From Acutalibacteraceae bacterium (GTDB lineage Bacteria > Bacillota > Clostridia > Oscillospirales > Acutalibacteraceae), in NCBI GenBank assembly GCA_963629305.1, contig CAVGIJ010000008.1:19781-83780 (forward strand): a stretch of 64,000 nt of DNA, written 5' to 3'. The notes beneath the pieces were generated by a model. The model was not told where the DNA came from and searched no databases. It saw only the letters and a list, made by a program, of their open reading frames with translations. The position numbers and the translations under genes are program-made. Shown here in pieces: positions 1-8,255 of this stretch; positions within the stretch are counted from its first letter, which is position 1, and each line of letters opens with the position of its first letter.

Positions 1-44
1 CCGGCGCCCGTGATAATTGCTGTTTTTCCTGTTAAAAAGCCCAT
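1..44 (-). CDS. Short-chain dehydrogenase/reductase (SDR) family protein; only the first 14 codons are present because the gene runs off the left edge
   Basis: The reverse strand reads AAGGGAGG, 8 nt, then ATG and MGFLTGKTAIITGAG. This is the TGxxxGxG Rossmann motif of classical SDRs. The fragment is too short for more. Confidence 0.5.
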   Translation of the reverse strand, partial: MGFLTGKTAIITGA

Positions 45-123
45 TGCTTATGCCTCCCTTAATTTGGATCGGATTTTATAATCCATTTTAATTCTAATAT
101 CTTATGGCTGAAAATTCAACTTT

Positions 124-1014
124 TTAATTTCTGATTTTGCTGACCGTGTTTACAAAGGAAATTACATCCTCGGGAGGATTTAAGCTATAGAGAAGTCCAT
201 ATGGTATTTCATAGCTCCAATTGACGGGAATTGTTACAAGGCCGGGATGTACGTCTTGCCAGCACTCTATGGTAAGCAGTACATTGCCGGTTTCGGCACA
301 GCGGTTGAAAACGGACATATCATAAAAGCGGGGGGTATCCTCAATTGTTATCTGCGGATGGTTTTTCTCAAGGTCGTTGCGCAGGAAATCATTTACGCCG
401 GAGTCACCGCGGCAGACCATCATGAGAGTTTCACCGTATAGATCCTCAATGTTTACTCTGTCCTTTTTTGCGAGCGGGTGATCTCTTGAAACGGCAATCA
501 TTTTCTTGTATCTGCCGAGCGGGAGAAAATTACACACGGAGAGCCATGCTTTGGAGTCGCAAACGCCTATGAGGAAGTCGAATTTTTCGCCGAGCTTTTC
601 AATTTCCGAAAGAATGCCCTCGTGATTGTCCTCAAAAGGCACAAGGTGGAGTTTGTAATCCGGAAACTTATTGTTTACTCTGTACCATATGTCCATAAAA
701 GGCTTGGCGGGATTAAGCAGCGATGTACCCACACAAAATGTGGTCTCATAGTCCACTGTTGCTTCCTTTGCACTCATGATGGATTTTTTTGAATAGTCGA
801 TCATGAATTTTGCATCTTTATAAATGACTTTCCCTGCCGCTGTCAGCGAAACACCGGCGGAAGTACGGTCGAGGAGTTTTAAGTCAAGGTGATTCTCTAG
901 TGTATTTATCTGTTTCATTACAGCCGTCGATGAAATAAATAACTGATCTGCGGCCTTTGTGAAGCTGCCGAGATCCGCGACTGCTATAAACGTTTCAAGA
1001 AGATGGTTATACAT
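124..1014 (-). CDS. LysR family transcriptional regulator
   Basis: N-terminal HTH MYNHLLETFIAVADLGSFTKAADQLFISSTAVMKQINTLE followed by a LysR substrate-binding region. I take ATG 1014 as the start, inside the longer ORF 124..1083. The gene is divergent from the redox cluster. Confidence 0.9.
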   Translation of the reverse strand: MYNHLLETFIAVADLGSFTKAADQLFISSTAVMKQINTLENHLDLKLLDRTSAGVSLTAAGKVIYKDAKFMIDYSKKSIMSAKEATVDYETTFCVGTSLLNPAKPFMDIWYRVNNKFPDYKLHLVPFEDNHEGILSEIEKLGEKFDFLIGVCDSKAWLSVCNFLPLGRYKKMIAVSRDHPLAKKDRVNIEDLYGETLMMVCRGDSGVNDFLRNDLEKNHPQITIEDTPRFYDMSVFNRCAETGNVLLTIECWQDVHPGLVTIPVNWSYEIPYGLLYSLNPPEDVISFVNTVSKIRN

Positions 1015-1141
1015 ACTAAACCTCCCACGCGTGTGTAAACTTAAAGTTGACACAATGATAACATATCGGAGATTCTGTGTCAAAACGTAAAGTGGTATAT
1101 TTCAGATAGTGACAACAATTTCGAAAAGGAGGACAAACAGA

Positions 1142-1654
1142 ATGAGCGACAAACTGGTTGTTTATTATTCACGTGCCGATGAGAACTATGTGAACGGCAT
1201 GCTTAAATTTTTGAATGTCGGCAACACCGAGATTGCGGCAAATATCATTCGGGAGTTTACGGGATCAGATATTTTTAAAATTGAACAAGAGATTCCGTAT
1301 TCAAAGGGATACAACGAGTGTATTGCACAGGCACAGGAGGATCAGAGAAACAATGCACGCCCGACGGTGAAAAATCTTCCGGATGATATTGATAAATACA
1401 GCGAAATCTATCTTTGTTATCCGAACTATTGGAGTACAATGCCGATGGCTGTATTTACTTTTCTTGAACAGTACGACTTTAACGGTAAGATCATAAAGCC
1501 GCTCTGCACTCACGAGGGGAGCGGACTCGGCTGCAGCATGAAAGATATAAAAAAGATATGTCCGACTGCAACTGTTAAAGACGGCATTGCAATTCAGGGC
1601 GCAAAAGTAGAAAAAAGCAGAAAGGATATTGAAAAATGGATATTAAAGAATTGA
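1142..1654 (+). CDS. Flavodoxin family protein (cytoplasmic)
   Basis: LVVYYS...PNYWSTMPMAVFTFLE...PLCTHEGSGLG flavodoxin-like pattern. AAAGGAGGA RBS at 1124-1132 precedes ATG 1142. Confidence 0.85.
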   Translation: MSDKLVVYYSRADENYVNGMLKFLNVGNTEIAANIIREFTGSDIFKIEQEIPYSKGYNECIAQAQEDQRNNARPTVKNLPDDIDKYSEIYLCYPNYWSTMPMAVFTFLEQYDFNGKIIKPLCTHEGSGLGCSMKDIKKICPTATVKDGIAIQGAKVEKSRKDIEKWILKN

Positions 1655-2043
1655 GTGTTTTCCCGATAGGAATGCCAAATGATGCGTATGCAAAGTATTT
1701 TTTGGGACAGAGCTATCTCAACATGTTGTCAACGGAGCAGGTCCCGATCGGCAATGTTACATTTGAACCGGGATGCCGCAACAACTGGCATATTCACAAT
1801 GCAAAATCGGGCGGCGGACAGATGCTCATTGTTACTGCAGGAGAAGGCTGGTATCAGGAATGGGATAAGCCGGCAAGGAAACTTAAACCGGGAGATGTTG
1901 TGAATATCCCTGCGGGAGTAAAGCACTGGCACGGTGCCGCAAATGACTCCTGGTTTCAACATCTTGCAATAGAAGTCCCGGGCGAAGGCACGAGTACGGA
2001 GTGGTGTGAACCGGTATCGGATGAGGAGTATAACAAGCTTTAA
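1636..2043 (+). CDS. Cupin domain protein
   Basis: NWHIH...GDVVNIPAGVKHWHGA two-motif cupin signature. Overlaps the upstream stop by 19 nt, suggesting translational coupling. Confidence 0.85.
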   Translation: MDIKELSVFPIGMPNDAYAKYFLGQSYLNMLSTEQVPIGNVTFEPGCRNNWHIHNAKSGGGQMLIVTAGEGWYQEWDKPARKLKPGDVVNIPAGVKHWHGAANDSWFQHLAIEVPGEGTSTEWCEPVSDEEYNKL

Positions 2044-2063
2044 TTTTGAGTGGAGGATCTATT

Positions 2064-2951
2064 ATGGAATATGTTACATTGTCAAACGGCGTAAAGATGC
2101 CGATTCTCGGATACGGTGTTTATCTTGTTACAAAGGACGAGTGTGAACGCTGCGTGTCGGACGCTCTCAAAGTCGGTTACAGACATATTGATACGGCACA
2201 GTCGTATTTCAATGAAGAGGAAGTCGGAAATGCGATAGCGAAATCCGGTATCCCAAGAGAGGATATTTTCCTTACGACAAAGATTTGGATTGAACACTAC
2301 GGATATGAGCAGGCAAAGGCATCTGTGCTTGAATCCATGCGCAAACTCAAGACAGATTACATCGACCTTGTACTTCTTCATCAGCCGTTTTCTGATGCGT
2401 ACGGTGCGTGGAGAGCACTTGAGGAGCTCTATGATGAGGGAAAAATCCGTGCTATAGGAATTTCAAATTTCTATGCTGACAGAATGATTGATTTTGCATC
2501 GTTCAACAGGATAAAACCAATGGTAAATCAGATGGAGACTCACGTTCTCAATCAGCAGAAGGACCTTAAAGAGTGGGCAGAGAAGTACGGTATAACGCTT
2601 GAAGCATGGGCTCCGCTGGGAGAGGGCAGAGGAAATCTCTTTGAAAATCCGACTCTTAAAGCAATAGGCGAAAAATACGGAAAGACAGCCGCACAGGTTA
2701 TGCTTCGTTGGAATACACAGCGCGGAGTTGTTGTTATTCCGAAATCGACACATATTGAAAGAATGGAAGAGAACCTCAACATCTTTGACTTTAAGCTCTC
2801 AGATGAGGATATGGCAGAGATAGCCGCAATGGATAAACAGGAGAGCTCTTTCTTCTCACACTCTGATCCGAAGATGGTGGAGTGGTTTGTAAACATGGTT
2901 GAGGAGAGAAAAAAGAACAACGACTCTTCCAAGGAAAAGAGAAACTGGTAA
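2064..2951 (+). CDS. Aldo/keto reductase
   Basis: MPILGYGVY...GYRHIDTAQSYFNE...LLHQP...GISNF...VIPKS are AKR hallmarks. GGAGGA at 2052-2057 precedes ATG 2064. Confidence 0.9.
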   Translation: MEYVTLSNGVKMPILGYGVYLVTKDECERCVSDALKVGYRHIDTAQSYFNEEEVGNAIAKSGIPREDIFLTTKIWIEHYGYEQAKASVLESMRKLKTDYIDLVLLHQPFSDAYGAWRALEELYDEGKIRAIGISNFYADRMIDFASFNRIKPMVNQMETHVLNQQKDLKEWAEKYGITLEAWAPLGEGRGNLFENPTLKAIGEKYGKTAAQVMLRWNTQRGVVVIPKSTHIERMEENLNIFDFKLSDEDMAEIAAMDKQESSFFSHSDPKMVEWFVNMVEERKKNNDSSKEKRNW

Positions 2952-2962
2952 GGAGCTGAACT

Positions 2963-3598
2963 TTGATGAAAAGATTTATTTCTCTTTTTATGTGCCTTGT
3001 TATGATTTTTGCATTGTCATCATGCGGAAAATCGACCGCGACAGGTGACGCAGGCACGACATCCGGCAATGTAAACTCTAAAGACGTAACTTCCGGTGAA
3101 CTCGGTACAGGCTCGAAGTCACTGATCGTTTATTTCTCGGCTACAGGCAGCACAAAACGTGTGGCTGAGTACATATCAAATGCAGTCGGCGGAACGCTCT
3201 TTGAACTTGTGCCTACCGAGGCTTATGATTCCGACGACCTTAACTACAATAACAAAGACAGCCGCGTGTGCTATGAGCACGATAACCCGGATAAGAGAGA
3301 CGTTGAGCTTGAAAGTACAACGGTTGATAATTTTTCTGACTATGATACAATTTTTATCGGATACCCTATCTGGTGGGGTATTGCAGCGTGGCCTGTTGAC
3401 ACATTCGTAAAGGCAAATGATTTTTCAGGTAAAACGGTTATCCCGTTCTGCACATCCGCAAGCTCGGGAGTTGGTAACAGCGGTAAGGAACTTGAAAAAA
3501 TGGCCGGAACAGGCACATGGCTTGAAGGAAAAAGATTTTCATCCGGTGCGTCTGAATCTGATGTCACTGAATGGGTAAATACATTGGAGGTAAAATAA
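2963..3598 (+). CDS. Flavodoxin-domain lipoprotein (predicted exported)
   Basis: Signal peptide plus lipobox MMKRFISLFMCLVMIFALSS|CGK, a Ser/Thr/Gly linker, then a flavodoxin core LIVYFSATGSTK...GYPIWWGIAAWP...PFCTSASSG paralogous to 1142..1654. Confidence 0.8.
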   Translation: MMKRFISLFMCLVMIFALSSCGKSTATGDAGTTSGNVNSKDVTSGELGTGSKSLIVYFSATGSTKRVAEYISNAVGGTLFELVPTEAYDSDDLNYNNKDSRVCYEHDNPDKRDVELESTTVDNFSDYDTIFIGYPIWWGIAAWPVDTFVKANDFSGKTVIPFCTSASSGVGNSGKELEKMAGTGTWLEGKRFSSGASESDVTEWVNTLEVK

Positions 3599-3600
3599 CA

Positions 3601-3921
3601 ATGGAAAAAGTAACTGCCGGCAGAGATGCTCTCGGAGATTTTGCGCCGAAGTTTGCACAGCTCAACGACGATGTACTTTTCGGTGAGGTTTGGTCAAGAG
3701 AGGATAAGCTTTCCGCAAGAGACAGGAGCATTGTGACAGTAACCGCACTTATGGCAAGCGGTATTCTTGACAGCTCACTTAAGTTTCATCTCCAAAACGC
3801 CAAAAACCACGGTGTGACAAAGGATGAAATTGCGGAAATACTCACACATGCGGCATTCTATGCAGGATGGCCGAAAGCGTGGGCTGCATTTAATATGGCA
3901 AAAGAGATATGGAAGGACTGA
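3601..3921 (+). CDS. Carboxymuconolactone decarboxylase (AhpD-like) family protein
   Basis: FGEVWSRE-LS-RDRSIVTV-AL...ILTHAAFYAGWPKAW pattern typical of the CMD family. ATG 3601 lies inside ORF 3571..3921. Confidence 0.85.
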   Translation: MEKVTAGRDALGDFAPKFAQLNDDVLFGEVWSREDKLSARDRSIVTVTALMASGILDSSLKFHLQNAKNHGVTKDEIAEILTHAAFYAGWPKAWAAFNMAKEIWKD

Positions 3922-3925
3922 TACC

Positions 3926-4111
3926 ATGAAAAATGTACTTATTATTTCTTCAAGCCCGCGAAAGTGCGGCAATTCGGACATACTCTGCGACAGGTTTGCA
4001 AAGGGTGCTGATGAGGCCGGAATCATTTATGGCACAGGCGCATGGCAGATCGGCGAAATAAAAAACACCCCTGGTTATGATGAGGCATATGAGATGGGCA
4101 AAAATGTCTAA
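3926..4111 (+). pseudogene. Internally deleted NAD(P)H-dependent FMN reductase / iron-sulfur flavoprotein-type gene (61 codons)
   Basis: The N-terminus MKNVLIISSSPRKCGNSDILCDRFAKGADEAG is joined directly to a C-terminal-looking tail IYGTGAWQIGEIKNTPGYDEAYEMGKNV. From memory, family members are about 180-200 aa. Confidence 0.55.
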
Positions 4112-4154
4112 GCTGCTGTAAGAAATATTGAATATCTTTTGATAAAATGAAAAG

Positions 4155-4188
4155 GCAACCCCCGTGTGGCGCGGGGGTTGCTTTTTTT
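4155..4188 (+). terminator. Rho-independent terminator ending the redox cluster
   Basis: GCAACCCCCG (4155-4164) pairs with CGGGGGTTGC (4172-4181), followed by a T7 run. Confidence 0.85.
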
Positions 4189-4554
4189 GTGTTTATACTC
4201 TGTTAACAACATTTCGACCGTTTATAGCGAATTTTCGACCTTTCGTTCTTTTTTTGTCTGACTTTGCCCTCGAAAAGTATTCTATATATAGAGGGATCTT
4301 TTTTGAAAGCCTTTTTGTAAATCATTTTTTACCGACGAAAGTTCTATCAGTTAAATGCGTGAAGAGATATCGTTTTATACGAAAGACGAAGCGTCGCTCA
4401 CCTTTTAAAAATAGAATGGGGCGCTAGCGGAGTATTGAGTAGAAAATGGTGTCTCTTCAGAAAGCTTTACCTTGAAAAAGTGTAATTGAAAAGTGTGTTT
4501 TCAAAAAGTCTTGTCAAATATCCCTCAAATACTTATCAAAGCAAGGAGAACAAA

Positions 4555-5550
4555 ATGGATAACATAACTTTTGATAACTTAAGAACATACGGCAGAAACT
4601 CGAAGTATGATGCAGCTTGTAAGAGAATACTTTCTGATAAGATGATACTCGCAAGAATACTAAAAGAATGTGTTTCGGAGTACAAGGATGTTGATGAAAA
4701 AACAATAGCGGAAAAGTGTATAGAGGGTGACATAAATCCTGAATCTGTTGGAGTCAATCCTGATGAAACTTATTCTCCGGTTATAAAAGGAAACAATACA
4801 GAGGACAAGCTCTACTATGAGGGTATGGTAAAGTACGATATACTCTTTGATTCTCTTGTACCTGAGTCCAACGAAACCATAAAGCTTATAATCAATCTTG
4901 AAATACAAAATCAATCAAACCTCGGTTATCCTCTGATAAAGAGAGCACATTATTACACAGGCAGACTATTATCTTCACAGTACGGAAAAGAATTCAAAGG
5001 CTCGGAATATGATAAACTGAAAAAGGTATACTCAATCTGGATATGCGGACCTGAACACAGAGAGTTACGTAATACAATTACGAGATATTGTTTTAAGGAA
5101 GAAAATGTGCTAGGATGTTTTAAAGAAAAGAAAATCAACTATGACATGGTAAACATAGTGTTTGTAGGACTTGAGAGACCGGAAGAGATAAGGGAGAACA
5201 ATATTGTGGGACTACTCACAACACTGTTGTCAGACAGTATACTTCCGGAAGATAAGATAGAACGAATGAAAGAGGACTATGGGATGAGTCCGGATGATAA
5301 CACGAAACGGGGGTTAAGTGATATGGGAAGTTGGAGCCAAGGAATATATGACCGTGGAGTGAGAGAAGGCAAGGCTGAAGGAATTGCAGAGGGTGAAGCC
5401 CGCGGCATTGAAAAAGGTAAAAATGAAGGTCGCCTTGAACTTATAAAGAATTCCTTTAAAAAATTCAAATCATTTGACGAATGTATCAAGTTTTTCGACA
5501 TCACTGACGAAAAGGAAATTGATTATTTGAAATCCCTGTGTAAACAATAA
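4555..5550 (+). CDS. Rpn family recombination-promoting nuclease / putative transposase (PD-(D/E)XK)
   Basis: YDILFDS...IINLEIQN...LIKRAHYYTGRLL...YSIWIC core plus the typical C-terminal charged EGxAEG repeats. AAGGAGA RBS precedes ATG 4555. Confidence 0.75.
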   Translation: MDNITFDNLRTYGRNSKYDAACKRILSDKMILARILKECVSEYKDVDEKTIAEKCIEGDINPESVGVNPDETYSPVIKGNNTEDKLYYEGMVKYDILFDSLVPESNETIKLIINLEIQNQSNLGYPLIKRAHYYTGRLLSSQYGKEFKGSEYDKLKKVYSIWICGPEHRELRNTITRYCFKEENVLGCFKEKKINYDMVNIVFVGLERPEEIRENNIVGLLTTLLSDSILPEDKIERMKEDYGMSPDDNTKRGLSDMGSWSQGIYDRGVREGKAEGIAEGEARGIEKGKNEGRLELIKNSFKKFKSFDECIKFFDITDEKEIDYLKSLCKQ

Positions 5551-5557
5551 ACAAAGA

Positions 5558-5598
5558 CCGCCGGATCTCATTTGAGATTTGGCGGCCTTATATTTTGT
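5558..5598 (+). terminator. Probable terminator
   Basis: CCGCCGGATCTCA/TGAGATTTGGCGG hairpin with two G-U pairs, followed by a T-rich tail. Confidence 0.5.
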
Positions 5599-5695
5599 GT
5601 GCATTGAAAAAATTTGTCAAAAAATCTGTAAAATACTTATAAACAGTAGTATAATCCCAGTGATACAGTAAAGTTTATACTTTGAAAGAAGTGAA

Positions 5696-7654
5696 ATGAA
5701 TCGTATGGAACAGACAGATGTGTTCGGCACAGAAAAAATAAGTAAAATACTTTTTCGACTTGCTCCGCCGGTTATGCTGGCACAGCTTATTCAGGCTCTT
5801 TATAACATAGTGGACAGCTTGTTTGTCGGCAGATATTCAGGTGATGGGTTGACTGCTCTGTCTATTGTCTATCCGATTCAACTTCTGATGATTGCCATCG
5901 CAGTGGGAACGGGTGTGGGTATTAACACCGTAATGTCTGCAAAACTTGGAACGGGGAATCGAAAAGAGGCAGAGGAATATGCAGGTGTAGGAACGCCGCT
6001 AGCCATCGTGTTATGGTTTTTATTTGCATTAATTTGCTGGTTTATCATGCCTTTTTATGCGAAAATATCAACCGATTCAGAAGCGGTAATCAGAGATGTT
6101 ATCATATACGGCAGAATTGTCTGCATATTCAGCTTCGGATTGTTTTTAGAAAGTATATGGACAAAGGTGCTTCAATCCGCTGGAGATATGAAAACTCCCA
6201 TGATTGCGCAAATATTCGGTGCGATAACCAACATTATTCTTGACCCATTGTTGATTTTCGGTATGTTCGGATTTCCCGAAATGGGAATCGCCGGTGCGGC
6301 TGTTGCGACTGTTGCGGGACAGATTGCGGCAGCTCTTATCGTAATGAAAAAAGGTTGTAGGAAATCTCCGAAAATGGACGTATACCCGCATTACATCGGC
6401 AGAATTTTTCGTCTCGGTGCGCCGAATATCCTTATGCAATCCGCGTACACCTTTTACATATTGGGACTTAACCTGATTCTTGCCGGATTTTGCGACGAAG
6501 CGGTGACGGCACTGGGACTCTACTATAAATGGCAGACATTTTTCTTTATCCCTCTTGGGGCGATGCAAACCTGTATTGTTCCGGTGATAAGTTATAATTA
6601 TGCCGCGAGAAATATTGACAGGTGCAGAAAAACTTTGTCTACATCTGTTCTGTTTGGCCTTGCTTTGATGGCATTCGGAACACTGTGCTTTGTTTCTATT
6701 CCGGAACAGATGCTTCGAGTGTTTACATCGGATAAATTGGTCCTTGAGATTGGCAGCTTTGGATTTCGCATTATCGGGCCCGGTTTTTTGCCTATGGTTA
6801 CATCGTTGATTTTTCCTGTTTTCTTTCAGGCCGTAGGTTCAAGTCTTAAGAGTTCTGCACTGACGATAATTCGGACAGTGATTCTGTTTGTTCCGCTCGG
6901 ATACATATTTTCAAGATTCGGTTTGAATTGGTTTTGGCTGACTTATCCCGTTACAGAGGTTGTGACTAGCACCGTGGGAATGATTTTTTATCGTCAATTT
7001 TTGAGTAATGACTATGTAAGAGAGGCAAGGCCGGTGAAGATTGATGATGACGACACCGTTGCTCTCAAACCCTCGAACCCCGGCGTTATTATAACAATTG
7101 CGCGTGAACATGGCTCGTCAGGCAAACAAATAGGAAAATTGGTAGCACAAGAATTGGGAATACCTTTTTATTACAAAGAAATGGTTGCGCTTGCAGCTCA
7201 TGAAAGCGGACTTGATCGGGAGTTTATTTCGGATATTCACAAAAATGCACCAAACGCCTTGCGTGATCTGTACCTAAGTTCCGATGCGGTTCAGCAGGCA
7301 ATTGATGCTCAGGAGCGTATAATTCGCAAAATTGCATACGGAGGTTCCTGCGTGATTGTAGGCAGGGCGGCTGATTATGTACTGAAAAACTATAAGAATG
7401 TGGTCCGTATATTTATTCATGCGCCAAAGGATTACCGCATTGGTCGAGTGATGGAAGTATACGGAGATACTTTGGATGAAGCTAATAATAACATTCGTCG
7501 TTCAGATAAAGCCAGAGCCTCATACTATAATCATATTTCGAGTAAACGCTGGGGTGATAGCAGAAACTATGAATTGTCTATAGACTCATCGATAGGTGTT
7601 GAAAAAACAGCAGATGCAATTTTACGATTTATCCGCAGCCGTGAATCTGATTGA
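5696..7654 (+). CDS. MATE family efflux transporter fused to a C-terminal cytidylate-kinase-like (P-loop) domain
   Basis: Residues 1 to about 440 form a polytopic MATE-like region (LAPPVMLAQLIQALYNIVDSLFVGR...). Residues from about 455 read VIITIAREHGSSGKQIGKLVAQELGIPFYYKE, a cytidylate-kinase-like family pattern. The whole is a single uninterrupted 652-codon ORF. Confidence 0.85.
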   Translation: MNRMEQTDVFGTEKISKILFRLAPPVMLAQLIQALYNIVDSLFVGRYSGDGLTALSIVYPIQLLMIAIAVGTGVGINTVMSAKLGTGNRKEAEEYAGVGTPLAIVLWFLFALICWFIMPFYAKISTDSEAVIRDVIIYGRIVCIFSFGLFLESIWTKVLQSAGDMKTPMIAQIFGAITNIILDPLLIFGMFGFPEMGIAGAAVATVAGQIAAALIVMKKGCRKSPKMDVYPHYIGRIFRLGAPNILMQSAYTFYILGLNLILAGFCDEAVTALGLYYKWQTFFFIPLGAMQTCIVPVISYNYAARNIDRCRKTLSTSVLFGLALMAFGTLCFVSIPEQMLRVFTSDKLVLEIGSFGFRIIGPGFLPMVTSLIFPVFFQAVGSSLKSSALTIIRTVILFVPLGYIFSRFGLNWFWLTYPVTEVVTSTVGMIFYRQFLSNDYVREARPVKIDDDDTVALKPSNPGVIITIAREHGSSGKQIGKLVAQELGIPFYYKEMVALAAHESGLDREFISDIHKNAPNALRDLYLSSDAVQQAIDAQERIIRKIAYGGSCVIVGRAADYVLKNYKNVVRIFIHAPKDYRIGRVMEVYGDTLDEANNNIRRSDKARASYYNHISSKRWGDSRNYELSIDSSIGVEKTADAILRFIRSRESD

Positions 7655-7708
7655 CAAATGTTAGAAAGTACTGATTTGGTGACATTTTACATATATTAAA
7701 AATTTTCA

Positions 7709-7737
7709 TTGACTTTTTTGTAGAAATATGATAAATA
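7709..7737 (+). promoter_or_regulatory. Candidate sigma-A promoter of the Hpt/kinase/HD-GYP operon
   Basis: TTGACT (7709-7714), a 17-nt spacer, then TG-a-TAAATA (extended -10-like, 7729-7737). Confidence 0.5.
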
Positions 7738-7798
7738 AAGACTAAAGATGAAAAATTTTAATCTCCGTTTGGTGATTGATTCTACAAGTAAGCAAACC

Positions 7799-7846
7799 GA
7801 TCGGGGGGGGTAGCCGGTATAGTGACACTCTCTCCCGATCTTTTTT
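7799..7846 (+). terminator. Leader terminator / attenuator hairpin just upstream of the Hpt gene
   Basis: GATCGGGGGGGG (7799-7810) pairs with CTCTCTCCCGATC (7828-7840), including G-U pairs. The loop is about 18 nt and is followed by a T6 run at 7841-7846. Confidence 0.6.
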
Positions 7847-7855
7847 AGACTCTTG

Positions 7856-8239
7856 ATGGAAAAAAATGCGAAAGAAGGGATGATGATGGATGACTTAAAG
7901 CAATTTTATAACAGCATTGGGGCTGATTCGTCGCAAGTAGTTTGCCGTTTGGGTGGAAGTGCAGAACTTGTTAAACGGTTTTTAATAAGATTTAAGGATG
8001 ATAAAAGTTTCGAAAATCTTTCTGTTGCTATTTGTAATAACAACAATGAAGAGGCTTTTCGCGCGGCACATACACTCAAGGGGGTTTGTGCAAATCTCGG
8101 ACTTGAGCACCTGTTTGAGCAAGCGTCAGCCGTGACTGAGCTTTTGAGGAGCGGTGAAACCGAAAAAGCAAGGCTTGCTCTTCCTGCTTTGGAACAAGAA
8201 CACAAAAGAGTTTTTGCAGCACTGGAAAACTTAAAATGA
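7856..8239 (+). CDS. Stand-alone Hpt (histidine phosphotransfer) domain protein
   Basis: AFRAAHTLKGVCANLGL is the Hpt phospho-His motif. The start is ambiguous: ATG 7856, or ATG 7880/7883/7886 after AGAAGGG. Confidence 0.8.
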   Translation: MEKNAKEGMMMDDLKQFYNSIGADSSQVVCRLGGSAELVKRFLIRFKDDKSFENLSVAICNNNNEEAFRAAHTLKGVCANLGLEHLFEQASAVTELLRSGETEKARLALPALEQEHKRVFAALENLK

Positions 8240-8255
8240 TTGAGGGGTGGCGCTT

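Noticed and set aside
4189-4554. The 87-aa ORF 4164..4427 and short TTTCGACC direct repeats in the long intergenic region before the Rpn gene.
   Set aside because: The ORF overlaps the preceding terminator and has no RBS and an implausible composition. The 8-nt repeats are too short to separate from chance.
5330-5450. A repetitive EGKAEGIAEGEARGIEKGKNEG stretch considered as a possible DNA tandem repeat.
   Set aside because: The repetition is only at the peptide level and is degenerate. It is characteristic of the C-terminal tail of Rpn-family proteins, and there is no exact nucleotide periodicity.
7781-7830. A possible c-di-GMP (GEMM) riboswitch in the leader of the Hpt/kinase/HD-GYP operon, prompted by a GCAAACC element and the c-di-GMP-related output.
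   Set aside because: The other conserved GEMM-I elements (the ACGCAAAGCC-type segment and the paired P1/P2 arrangement) are not visible, and nothing resembles GEMM-II either. I kept the region only as an unclassified attenuator-like leader.
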